From a virus (taxonomy: Duplodnaviria; Caudoviricetes), in the IMG/VR virus record IMGVR_UViG_2865859272_000007, positions 15,399 to 79,398 of that record: 64,000 bases of DNA. The stretch is one strand, 5' to 3'. The translations under genes and the position numbers were made by a program. The notes under the pieces were generated by a model. It did no database searches and was not told the DNA's origin. It worked only from the letters and a program-made list of their open reading frames with translations. Positions 20,696-30,120 of this stretch are shown here, piece after piece. The number at the start of each line of letters is the position of its first letter. Positions within the stretch are counted from its first letter, which is position 1.

Positions 20696-22052
20696 GGTAG
20701 TTGTCGTAATGAGGATCGTCGGGTCCGTCGTGCTCTGCGTGAGCGGAGAGGATCTCGTCCGCAATCGCACCCTTCCCGAAGGCGCGGAAGAGTTCAGCGA
20801 GAGCATCGGCCTCGGCGCATTGCATGGTGCAGTCGTAGTCGTTGGGCAGAAACTGCGCGAGTTCCGCCCACGTGTCAACAAAGTTACGGGCGGCGGCGAC
20901 GCGTGCGGCTGTTTCCTCCGCGTCGCGCCCCATGCCCTGGTCGTGGCAGTGCGCGCAGTACCCGTCTCCGGTGTAGTCGTCGCGTTCCTCGGGGGGTACG
21001 AAATCGTCGCTGCACCCCTTGCAGCGAAGCCAGCCATCAAACACGGCGGGTCACTCCCAGTCTCGTGCGTCAAGGATTATTTCTTCGGCGGTCACGATGA
21101 AGGCCCGGTCCGTGCCGACGAACCGGGCCTCGTAGATGCCGTCAACTACCTCGCTCCCCAAATCCACGGGTTCCCCGTTGTAGAGGAGTTCCGGCGGCGG
21201 GAACTCTGGCTCAGCCAACAGAAGATCGTCCTGGCAGTACGGGCAGTTCTCGTAATCCGGATGATCCTCGTGGTAGGCATCGTGCCAGCGATCAATCATG
21301 CATGTCATGTGCAGGGTGCTCCATCTCGTCATAAGCGGTTTCATCGTCCGCGTCCATCTCGGCTTCACAGGCAGGGCACCCGTAGAGCGTTCCGGGCCAG
21401 TGCGGATAGTCGACGTGTTCCGAATCGGTCATCACAGCCACTCGCTTTCACCGGTAGCGATGTTGAACACCGCCATTTCGCTCCGGGCGGTCGCCAGCGC
21501 ATACGCGCTGCGTTCCGCCGGAACGTGGTCAACGACGTCCAGGTATGCGCGCCCGTTCTCAACCCACACTCCGAAGTAGCGCGCATTCGGGTGGGTACTC
21601 ACGAAACCGGCCACGTCATCCGGGGTGATCCGGGAAACAGCCTTGACGAGCGTCCAGGACTGCCCACCGACCCAATATCCAGTTTCAGGGAGGGGTTGGC
21701 GGTAGCTGTCCACAGTGGCCCCGTCGCTACCGGTCCGAATGGCTCGGTACAGGGCGGCTGTGGTGGCAGGGGCATCGGTGAGGGTGTTAGTGGCCATGAC
21801 GGATCGGGTCTTTCCGAGTGGGATGGATTGACGTGTTCAGCGGTCGAAAACGACGCGTGCGCCGTAGTCGTATGAGGTGAAGCTGCGACCCTCGCCGTTG
21901 CCTCGCGTAGGCGCGTCCCAACGGCACACTTCCTGCCCGCTGCCGTCCTCATGGAGGCACGCGGGAATGGGCGCCGGAGAGAAGTCGTGCACGCTGGCAA
22001 CACCGAACAGCGCAACGGCGCTTGCTGCTGCGGCGACAAGGATTCTGCGCAT
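20691..22052 (-). CDS. Small leftward genes 20691-21044, 21051-21299, 21292-21432, 21432-21797, 21837-22052 (signal-peptide-like)
   Basis: Coupled TGATG/ATGATTGA junctions; acidic, His/Cys-rich products; GGAAAG RBSs. Confidence 0.7.
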
Positions 22053-22264
22053 GACGGACCACGCTTTCCGGGTGGGATGACTCTGTGAGGGTGGGAATGT
22101 GTTGCAGAGTCCGCTACGTAGCTCCGTTGGCCGGAGTCTGCGGATTGGTTACCGCCGGGTTATCCGAGTAGTCCCGAACGCGCTAGGCGCCTTGCTCAAG
22201 CGCCGTTATATGGCTTCCCTGCAACCCCCGGTGCTCCACACCTAGGGGACGCTCACACCATCAG

Positions 22265-22329
22265 TCCCCACGGTCCGAATCGAACGGACACCCCGTTTCC
22301 GAGAAACCGGGCGGGATCCTTTCGTGGGG
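22265..22329 (-). ncRNA. tRNA-like element lacking one arm
   Basis: 7-bp stem CCCCACG/CGTGGGG plus A discriminator; perfect T-arm GTCCG-TTCGATT-CGGAC; single middle hairpin. Confidence 0.65.
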
Positions 22330-22560
22330 GCGCTTTACACAAGGTGCGCGTCCTTTTCCCCTTCACCGGCCAGCTTTCCTAGTTCATGGAACGTCTGGGG
22401 CGACTGCCAGGGTCGCCGCTTGCCTCACCGGGTGGGGAAACTCTATAGAGGTGTCAAGCTAGGTGGGGTCCCTATAAGCGACGCGCCCGGTATGTCGGGG
22501 TCCTTCTACAGGGATTCTCATGTGGTAGGTACTCTGCCCCTCTGGGGTTTTCCCTTATGC

Positions 22561-22820
22561 TTCTATTGTACCCACCACACCCCTTATCACAACCCTTTCC
22601 CGAAGAAATCCACTGAACATTCCTAGATTCTTCTACTCATTAGTAAGAACTCAATCACAACAACATCAACTCTCATTCATTCAACTTCAATGATCACATT
22701 CACTACTGAATGATCAATTCATTCCCAACACCTCATCCATCCCAACATCACTAACCATCCTCACCACCATTACCCCTCCATACCCCACCCTCATCCATCC
22801 CTTGCCCACCCACCCCTATC
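22561..22820. other. Nearly G-free, AT-enriched non-coding tract
   Basis: About 11 G in 260 nt by hand count; none in 22711-22800. Confidence 0.85.
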
Positions 22821-23349
22821 CCATAGGATGCAAGCCCTACGATGCACCGCATCGCCACTAAGAGCATTCAGCACAGCAACAGCTTTCCGCTTTCGAATCA
22901 ACTTTCACATTGAACACTTTCAACTCTTCGAAAGTCGCAAAGCTGATCAAGTCAACCGACGCTATGCATCCCACCTTCACATGAGCGCATCAACCCCCTC
23001 GCTTGGCCACCACTCAGGTAGTCCCTGCTGTACCCCAGTGGCCGTACCCCGCACTGCGGTACGCCCGGCATACACGGTGATAAGGCGTGCTACACGGTCC
23101 CCCATATCGGAGATATCCGCTCCGACGTAGCCCGACCCCCACGAACAAGGGACCAATCCGCACAACCGAGTTCGGATCGCCTCGCATCCGCCCCCACCAC
23201 AAGTCAGGTAGCCACGACTCAGGTTGCCTTATCGCTGCGTGCGGATAGGCGCGTTCGCAGGTAGACCGGTTAGTTCCTTGCCCCCTAGGCCGGTGAGCGC
23301 ATATCCATGCACCCGGTCGCTTCACAGGTATGCACGCGATATGCAGGCG

Positions 23350-23430
23350 AGCCCCCCGGGGGGTGGGGGTCCCGCCTTATTCACGCGCGCGCGGCTGACC
23401 CCGCCGTCGGCCGTTTTCTCTCTCTAGTGG
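23350..23430. other. Candidate cos/packaging-initiation region
   Basis: CCCCCCGGGGGG palindrome, GGGGGGTGGGGG, (CG)n and TTTTCTCTCTCT upstream of the terminase genes; HNH packaging gene present. Confidence 0.4.
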
Positions 23431-23584
23431 AGATTTCCGTTTGCTACCAGCAAGTAGCAATGGCTTGACCTGCGGCTTTGCCGTGCGCTCGGGCAGCCGG
23501 GGCAAGGGTGTCCTATGTGCCCATTAGGGGCGCCCAAAGTCGGCGTTCCGCCAGCCGGCTCGGGGTGGCGGCCGTTCGGTCGTC

Positions 23585-23947
23585 ATGCATAAAGCTCTGC
23601 ATACCTTTCCAGATTCGAGTGGGCAGGTATGTGCAGTTCTGGAAACTCATGCGTTCGGGGTGCTGCTCATGAATTCTCGAACCGTCGAGGCGCATAAGCG
23701 TGTGAAGGTCAGGAAGAGGCAGAAGGCGTCTGGAAGACTCAGGATTCTCGTTCAGAATTCTCGAACCGGCGAGCGGCATGAACTCCAGGTGCCTCTGGCG
23801 TCTTCGAATAGCTGGCGCATCTCGGATTACGGACTTGAAAGCATCCTGGCCGCCGGCGCACGTTACTGGTCGCACGGGTGGGATATCGGGGAGATGCAAA
23901 TCGTGTCGGTCGAGCGCGTCATAGAGGGCGCTGTTCCCGACGAGTAA
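23585..23947 (+). CDS. Hypothetical protein (start may be 23669)
   Basis: ORF just upstream of the tRNA and terminase. Confidence 0.5.
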   Translation: MHKALHTFPDSSGQVCAVLETHAFGVLLMNSRTVEAHKRVKVRKRQKASGRLRILVQNSRTGERHELQVPLASSNSWRISDYGLESILAAGARYWSHGWDIGEMQIVSVERVIEGAVPDE

Positions 23948-23950
23948 GGC

Positions 23951-24024
23951 CGCGGGGTAGTTCAGCTCGGTAGAACGCCAGGGTCATGACCTGGATGCCG
24001 CCGGTTCAAATCCGGCCCCCGCTA
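23951..24024 (+). tRNA. tRNA-Met (CAT), initiator-like acceptor stem, CCA not encoded
   Basis: Full cloverleaf: CGCGGGG/CCCCGCT, D stem GTTC/GAAC, anticodon stem CCAGG/CCTGG with loop GTCATGA, T-arm GCCGG-TTCAAAT-CCGGC. Confidence 0.9.
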
Positions 24025-24048
24025 GACCTCAAGGAGGGGAGTGCGCCG

Positions 24049-24426
24049 ATGGCCGAATCGAATTTCCGTGAGGCCGTTCAGTCCGGTGATCGGCGCACAG
24101 AGCTCGAAGCGATCCGGGACTTCCTGGTCAACGAGCTGGAGGGCAACCGCTGCAAGACGTGCCTGGCTTCGAAGCTCCGGACGGGTGACACCGCGGCCCT
24201 GGTGCTGCGGCTGATGAAGGTGCTCGAAGAGCTGGCAGGTCTCCCGGCAGGTGATGCGGAGGTGTCGATCCTCGATGAGCTCCGAGCCCGCCGCGATAGG
24301 CAAGCAGACGCCCCGGATTCTCCACGTCCCCTCGGTTCCAAGAACGCGCAGCGCCGGCAAGGAGGCCGTCGAGCTGGCGGCCAGCGCCGGCCTGATTCTG
24401 GATCCGTGGCAGGCGCTGGTTCTTGA
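24049..24426 (+). CDS. terS: Terminase small subunit
   Basis: Position; ELEAIRD and LDELRARR motifs typical of actinophage TerS; RBS AAGGAGG. Confidence 0.75.
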   Translation: MAESNFREAVQSGDRRTELEAIRDFLVNELEGNRCKTCLASKLRTGDTAALVLRLMKVLEELAGLPAGDAEVSILDELRARRDRQADAPDSPRPLGSKNAQRRQGGRRAGGQRRPDSGSVAGAGS

Positions 24427-25780
24427 GCACGCCCTCGCGTTCCGCCCGGACGGCAGATGGGTCGCCAGGGAGGTCGGCGTCTGCGTAAGCCGACAGAACG
24501 GCAAGGGGTCGATCATCGAGGCCCTGGAGCTGTGGGGTCTCTTCGTCAACGAAGAGACGATCATGCACACGGCTCACGTGTTCAAGACCGCTGCCGAGGG
24601 CTTTCGCCGCGTCGAGGGCTTGATCCTCGGCACTCCCGAGCTCAAGGCGGAAGTCACCCGCATCGTGCGCGGCCACGGTGAGGAGTGCATCGAGCTGCGG
24701 TCCGGAGCGCGACTCCTCTTCGGTACCAGGAACGCCGGCAGCGCCCGCGGTCTCACCCTGGACCGGATCATCTGCGACGAGGCCATGTACCTCACCGAGG
24801 ACCAGACCGCTGCGCTGGCGCCGACGGTCATGGCGGTCCCCAATCCGCAGATCTGGTACCTCGGCAGCGCCGGCACCAAGGTGTCCACGCAGTTTGGCCG
24901 CGTTCGCCGCCGGGCCCTGAAGGGCGACGACCCGAGTCTGGTCTATGCGGAGTGGTCGATCGACGGCTGCGACGACTTCTGCCTACCCGATTGCGAGGAA
25001 CATGATCCGCACGACGCCGTGGAGTCGTATGCCAAGGCCAACCCCGGACTGGGTGTGCGTATATCGGTGGAGCAGGTTGAGTCGCTGCGGCGCTCGATGG
25101 GCCCGACGGTATTCGCGCGGGAGATTCTGAGCGTCGGCGATTGGCCGACCGACGCCGATGACGAGTGGCGCATCATCGGTCGCGAGCACTGGATGGCGCG
25201 GACGGACGAGAACTCCGTTCTAGAAGACCCCTTCGTCCTTGGCGTAGACACCGCCCCCGACGGCTCGTACTCGTGCATCGTCGCGGCTGGCCGGAACGAA
25301 GAGGGCCAGCCGCATGTCGAGATCACCGGCGCTTCTTTGACGGATCCCCAGGCCGTGGACCACAGGCCCGATATTCGTTGGGTCGTCCCACGTGTCTTGG
25401 CGATCTGGAAGGCGAACAAGCCGAAGGCCGTGGTCATCGACAAGGCCGGTCAGGCGGGGGCGTTTATCGAGCCCCTGGAGGCCGCTGGCGTCAAGGTGAT
25501 TTCTCCGTTGACGCGCGAGTACGCGCAGGCATGCGGCGAGTTCTATTCGGCTGTCGTCCCGCGAGCGGGTAAGGAGCCGGACCTCGCGCACCTGGATCAG
25601 CCGCCCCTGACGAACGCGGTCGCTGGCGCCGAGAAGCGGGATCTCCACGACTCCTGGGCGTGGTCGAAGCGCAACTCCGCCACTGACATCACCCCCCTGG
25701 TCGCCGCGACGCTCGCGCTCTGGGGCGTCAAGAAATGCGGCTTGAAGAAGCGGGCACGAGCGAAGGCCATCTGGAGGTGA
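24275..25780 (+). CDS. terL: Terminase large subunit
   Basis: LDPWQ, RQNGKG Walker A, IICDEA Walker B, nuclease VLGVD; RBS GGAGGTG at 24258. Confidence 0.95.
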   Translation: MSSEPAAIGKQTPRILHVPSVPRTRSAGKEAVELAASAGLILDPWQALVLEHALAFRPDGRWVAREVGVCVSRQNGKGSIIEALELWGLFVNEETIMHTAHVFKTAAEGFRRVEGLILGTPELKAEVTRIVRGHGEECIELRSGARLLFGTRNAGSARGLTLDRIICDEAMYLTEDQTAALAPTVMAVPNPQIWYLGSAGTKVSTQFGRVRRRALKGDDPSLVYAEWSIDGCDDFCLPDCEEHDPHDAVESYAKANPGLGVRISVEQVESLRRSMGPTVFAREILSVGDWPTDADDEWRIIGREHWMARTDENSVLEDPFVLGVDTAPDGSYSCIVAAGRNEEGQPHVEITGASLTDPQAVDHRPDIRWVVPRVLAIWKANKPKAVVIDKAGQAGAFIEPLEAAGVKVISPLTREYAQACGEFYSAVVPRAGKEPDLAHLDQPPLTNAVAGAEKRDLHDSWAWSKRNSATDITPLVAATLALWGVKKCGLKKRARAKAIWR

Positions 25781-25923
25781 GCGCCGTGGGAAAGATCGCG
25801 CGAGCTCTGCTCACCGGCCTCGCAGCCGTTCTGTACGCCGTCGGCTACGCCTCCCGGAAGGTGCGCAACGCACCCGCCTGGATCGCTGCCGCGTTCCGTC
25901 TCGGTTGGGAGGACGCGGCATGA
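25777..25923 (+). CDS. Small hydrophobic protein
   Basis: GTGA-coupled ORF between terL and portal. Confidence 0.6.
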   Translation: MSAVGKIARALLTGLAAVLYAVGYASRKVRNAPAWIAAAFRLGWEDAA

Positions 25924-27503
25924 GTCTTCTCGACAGGGTCAAGGGCATACAGTCTCAGGGGCGGAAGGCGTGGTCCGAGCCCCCGTTCTGGTCGCTGGAT
26001 CGGCTGCACTTCGTTGACGCCAATTTTGGCAACAAGGAAGTCATTGAGAACGACTTCGTCGGCTACATTCAGGGTGCTTTCAAGCGGAACGGCGCGGTCT
26101 TCGCCTGCATGTCTGCCCGGCAGATGGTGTTCGCTGAGGCCCGCTTCCTGTGGAGGCGGTTCAGCAACGGCCGGCCGGGCGATCTGTTCTTCTCGCAGGA
26201 GCTCACGCTGCTGGAGAACCCCTGGCCGGGCGGCACGACCAGCGACCTGCTGGCCAGGATGCTCCAGGACGCGGATCTCGCCGGCAACGCCTTCCTCACT
26301 ACGGTCGACGACCGCGGTCGGTACGGCCTGGCCTCCGAGGGCGGCCCCGGCCGGCGCATCGTGCGGATGCGCCCGGACTACGTCGAGCTCATCCTCGGCT
26401 CCCGCAGTGGTGATCTTCGAGCGCTCGACACGAAGGTCATCCTCTACCGCTACAAGCCGCCGGGCCAGGACAGCACGGCCGTGGATCTGCTGCCTGAAGA
26501 GGTAGCCCACTTCTCCCCGATACCCGACCCCGAAGTCCGCTTCCGCGGCATGAGCTGGCTCACGCCAGTGATTCGTGAGATCCAGGCGGACTCTGCTGCG
26601 ACGACGCACAAGAAGAACTTCTTCGAGAACGCCGCGGTGCCGAACCTGGCGGTCAAGTTCGATCGGGAGACCGAAGAGGACGAGGCCGAGGAGTTCATAG
26701 AGACCTTCAATCAGGAGCACCGGGGCGCGCTCAACGCGTACAAGACCCTGTTCCTGATGGGCGGTGCCGATGTTACGCCGCTGACGGCGGACTTTCGGCA
26801 GTTGGAGTTCAGCCGCACGGTGGGTAAGGGCGAGTCGCGGATCGCTGCCGCGGCCGGCGTGCCGCCATCGTGGGTCGGGTTCTCGGAGGGCATGCAGGGT
26901 TCGGCTCTCAACGCGGGCAACTTCGCTGCGGCCAGGCGACGCTACGCGGATGCCACGATCCGGCCGCTGTGGGAGATGGTGGCGCCGGTTCTTCAGCGGC
27001 TGCTCAAGGCGCCGGCTGGCGCGTCGTTGTGGTACGACGACCGGGACATCTCCTTCCTGCGCGAGGACAGCAAGGACCGCGCAGAGATCTTCCGTACTGA
27101 CGTGGCCTCGATCGCGTCCGGGATTATGGCGGGTTTTCAGACCGATGCGATGGTCAAGGCGGCGCGTGATCACGACGTGTCGGAGCTGCTGGGTCAGCAC
27201 ACCGGTCTGGTGTCCGTGCAGATGCAGTCGACGGGCGTCCCGGACGAAGAGGTGGACAAGGCTCGCGTTGCCGCGGAGCTCATGGCGGCCCAGGCCGATG
27301 TCATCGTCACGCTCGCCTGGCCGAAGGGGCCGTTCACCGAGGAGTCGGCTATCGCCGCCGTTCAGGCCGGCGATCTGAGTCTTCTCGTGGTGTCCGACAG
27401 GCCGCATCCGTCTGCGGCTCCGCCTGGTCCGCCGCCGTCCGACGACGGCGACGAGGTCGAGGCCGAGGACGACGAAGAAGAGCAAGAAGATCAACGTGAG
27501 TGA
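25920..27503 (+). CDS. Portal protein (HK97-like)
   Basis: GNAF, EVAHF..PDP...FRGMS, NFFEN.A.P, IAAAAGVPP motifs; position. Confidence 0.93.
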   Translation: MSLLDRVKGIQSQGRKAWSEPPFWSLDRLHFVDANFGNKEVIENDFVGYIQGAFKRNGAVFACMSARQMVFAEARFLWRRFSNGRPGDLFFSQELTLLENPWPGGTTSDLLARMLQDADLAGNAFLTTVDDRGRYGLASEGGPGRRIVRMRPDYVELILGSRSGDLRALDTKVILYRYKPPGQDSTAVDLLPEEVAHFSPIPDPEVRFRGMSWLTPVIREIQADSAATTHKKNFFENAAVPNLAVKFDRETEEDEAEEFIETFNQEHRGALNAYKTLFLMGGADVTPLTADFRQLEFSRTVGKGESRIAAAAGVPPSWVGFSEGMQGSALNAGNFAAARRRYADATIRPLWEMVAPVLQRLLKAPAGASLWYDDRDISFLREDSKDRAEIFRTDVASIASGIMAGFQTDAMVKAARDHDVSELLGQHTGLVSVQMQSTGVPDEEVDKARVAAELMAAQADVIVTLAWPKGPFTEESAIAAVQAGDLSLLVVSDRPHPSAAPPGPPPSDDGDEVEAEDDEEEQEDQRE

Positions 27504-27550
27504 CCCGCGCTCCAGCCTGACACCAACGACGAGCCGGGAGGCGGTCAGTC

Positions 27551-28696
27551 ATGCACAAGAAGGCGCTCCGGCGCGTTGAGATCAAGAATGCCGACAGGGG
27601 TGAGATCGCGGCCGTGTTCTCGACGTTCGACGTCGTCGACCACGACGGGGACGTGACACGGCGGTCGGCATTCCAGGATGGGGCTCCGGTCCTCATCTCG
27701 GCGTTCAATCACGCCAGTTGGGAAGGCGCGCTCCCGGTCGGCAAGGGCGTGATCCGAGTCACCGAGAAGGAAGCCGTCCTGGATGGTCAGTTCTTCATGA
27801 ACACCACCCACGGGCGGGACACCTTCGAGACGGTCAAGGAGGCCGGGGAGCTTCAGGAGTTCTCCTACGGCTTCACGATCACGGATTCGGAGCCTGGCGA
27901 GGTCGAGGGCAAGAGCGTCCGCGTCATCAAGGGCGTCAAGGTGACCGAGGTGTCGCCGGTCCTCATGGGCGCTGGTATCGGGACCCGCACTCTGGCCCTG
28001 AAGGGCCACAAGCAGGACGGAAGCCTGATGGACGACGACGAGAAGAGCGCCGTGATCCCCGCCATCAGGCGCGCGATCCCGGCACACGAGACCGAGACCG
28101 TAACCCGCTCCTGGAACTCGGCGGCCACGACGAAGGCCCTGCCGGAGCAGGCCCGCCCGTCGGAGCTGCGGACGGTGTACGCCTGGGTCGACCCGGACGG
28201 GGACCCGGAGATGAAGTCCAGCTACCAGTTTCCGCACCACCACGGCGTGGGCGGGCCGGCCAACCTGCGCGCGTGCCTCCAGGGCATCGCGACGCTCAAC
28301 GGCGCCAGCGGCGACCTCGGCATTCCCGAGGAAGACCGCGAAGCCGTGTACAAGCATCTGTCGGCGCATCTGCTCGACGCCGACAGGGAACCGCCCAAGC
28401 TGCGTACAGCTGAGGGCGCCAAGGGCAGGAAGAGGTTCAACGACGAGGCCATCGAGGTGATGGCCGGCGTCGCACACCTCATTGATCGCGCAACGGAAGT
28501 CGTGGCTCTCCGGGCGCAGAAGGGCCGGGGCATGTCTCCCGCCACCGCCGACCTCTTGTCGTGGCTTGAGGGCGATCTGGTGCGGCTGAAGTCCCTGCTG
28601 GAAACCCCCGTGGACGAGGACAAGCCGGATGAGCCGAGCGATGACGATATCGCTTCGACGGTCCTGGCGGCCCTCGCGCGGGTGAACGGACTGTAG
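27551..28696 (+). CDS. HK97-type prohead protease with C-terminal extension
   Basis: FSTFDVVDHDGD, NH, EFSYGF, EVSPV.GA motifs. Confidence 0.9.
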   Translation: MHKKALRRVEIKNADRGEIAAVFSTFDVVDHDGDVTRRSAFQDGAPVLISAFNHASWEGALPVGKGVIRVTEKEAVLDGQFFMNTTHGRDTFETVKEAGELQEFSYGFTITDSEPGEVEGKSVRVIKGVKVTEVSPVLMGAGIGTRTLALKGHKQDGSLMDDDEKSAVIPAIRRAIPAHETETVTRSWNSAATTKALPEQARPSELRTVYAWVDPDGDPEMKSSYQFPHHHGVGGPANLRACLQGIATLNGASGDLGIPEEDREAVYKHLSAHLLDADREPPKLRTAEGAKGRKRFNDEAIEVMAGVAHLIDRATEVVALRAQKGRGMSPATADLLSWLEGDLVRLKSLLETPVDEDKPDEPSDDDIASTVLAALARVNGL

Positions 28697-28742
28697 GCGA
28701 ATCGTTCCGCCTTCTCACAACTGAATATGGAGTGCCACGACG

Positions 28743-29999
28743 ATGTACAACGACGATCGGGTTGCCGAGTTTCCTGCGCTGAAGGACGCGCAGTCCAAGC
28801 TCGACGCCAAGCGGAAGTCGCTGGCCGACGTCCTCTCCGAGGCCGGCCCCGAATACGATATGTCGAAGGTCAAGTCTCTGGCCGGCGACACCCACGCCAA
28901 GGTCGCCGAGATCGGCAAGATGAACGCCGAGATCGACGAGTGCAAGAAGAAGGTCGACGAGCTGCTGGTCGTCGCGCGCGCCGCTGCGGCAGCGAAGAAG
29001 GACGAGGTCGGCTCCGAGTCCGGAGACGGCGCCCGCGAGGAGGGCAGCCGCGAGCGCAAGGACGGTAGCCCGTTCAACCTGGGCGACACCTTCACGAAGT
29101 CGAAGGCGTTCAAGGAGTACCACCGTGGCACCAGCCCGGTCGCCAGCCTGGACGTCACCCTCAAGACGCTCTTCCAGACGACCGCCGGTTGGGACTCGGA
29201 AGACCTGCGCACCGGCCGTGTCGAGCTGACGCCGACCCGACCCGCCCCGCATGTCGTCCAGTTCCTCCCCCAGACCACGACCTCGATGTCGAACGTCGTG
29301 TACATGGAGGAGACGACCTTCACGAATGCCGCGGCGGAGATCGCTGAGGGTGGCACGTACCCCGAGGCGGCACTCGCCCTCACCGAGCGGCAGGAGCCGG
29401 TCCGCAAGGTCGCCGTCTTCCTCCCGGTCACGGACGAGCAGTTCGAGGACGAGCCGCGTGCCCGCGACTACGTCAACAACCGCCTGCCCTTCATGATCCG
29501 CCAGCGCCTGGACTCCCAGGTCCTGGTCGGCAACGGCACCGCCCCGAACCTCCGGGGCACCGAGAACGTCACCGGTATCCAGACGCAGGCCCTCGGCGCG
29601 GACTCGATCCCGGACGCCATCTACAAGGCGGCCCGGAAGATCCGCGACGACGGCTTCGCGGAGCCGAGCGTGGTGTTCATCCGGCCGTCGAAGTGGGAGT
29701 CGGTGCGGCTCCTGAAGACCGCGGACGGCGTCTACATCTGGGGTCACCCGTCGATGCCGGGCCCGTTCACGATCTGGGGCATCCCGGTCGTGGAGACGAC
29801 CGCGGTCACGGAGACCAAGGCAGTTCTCGGCGACTACGCCAACTTCTCCGAGCTGGCGATGCGCCGCGGCATGGACGTCCAGGTGTCCAACTCGCACAGC
29901 ACCTTCTTCGCTGAGGGCAAGCTCGCGATCCGTGCCGACATCCGGGCGGCCATGATCCATTACCGCCCGAAGGCTTTTGCCGAGGTGACCGGGCTCTAG
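28743..29999 (+). CDS. Major capsid protein (HK97 fold)
   Basis: N-terminal coiled-coil delta domain; AAEIAEGGTYPE, QVLVGNG, TIWGIPVV, VLGDY. Confidence 0.95.
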   Translation: MYNDDRVAEFPALKDAQSKLDAKRKSLADVLSEAGPEYDMSKVKSLAGDTHAKVAEIGKMNAEIDECKKKVDELLVVARAAAAAKKDEVGSESGDGAREEGSRERKDGSPFNLGDTFTKSKAFKEYHRGTSPVASLDVTLKTLFQTTAGWDSEDLRTGRVELTPTRPAPHVVQFLPQTTTSMSNVVYMEETTFTNAAAEIAEGGTYPEAALALTERQEPVRKVAVFLPVTDEQFEDEPRARDYVNNRLPFMIRQRLDSQVLVGNGTAPNLRGTENVTGIQTQALGADSIPDAIYKAARKIRDDGFAEPSVVFIRPSKWESVRLLKTADGVYIWGHPSMPGPFTIWGIPVVETTAVTETKAVLGDYANFSELAMRRGMDVQVSNSHSTFFAEGKLAIRADIRAAMIHYRPKAFAEVTGL

Positions 30000-30120
30000 A
30001 TCATCTTCCAGCTGGGGGTTCGCCAAGCGAGGCGACGTAAGGGCGACAGGTCGTCCCTGTACCGCCCCCTCCCTCTCGGGCCAAGTACGCGGCTCGTGAA
30101 GCCTTTTGAGAGGACACTCC

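Noticed and set aside
21432-21797. Possible SAM-lyase-like anti-restriction protein
   Set aside because: Only a vague C-terminal pattern resemblance; not supportable without an HMM or structure search
23671-23766. 14-bp direct repeat GAATTCTCGAACCG within the 23585 ORF
   Set aside because: Only two copies, both in frame (NSRT); no further structure supports a function
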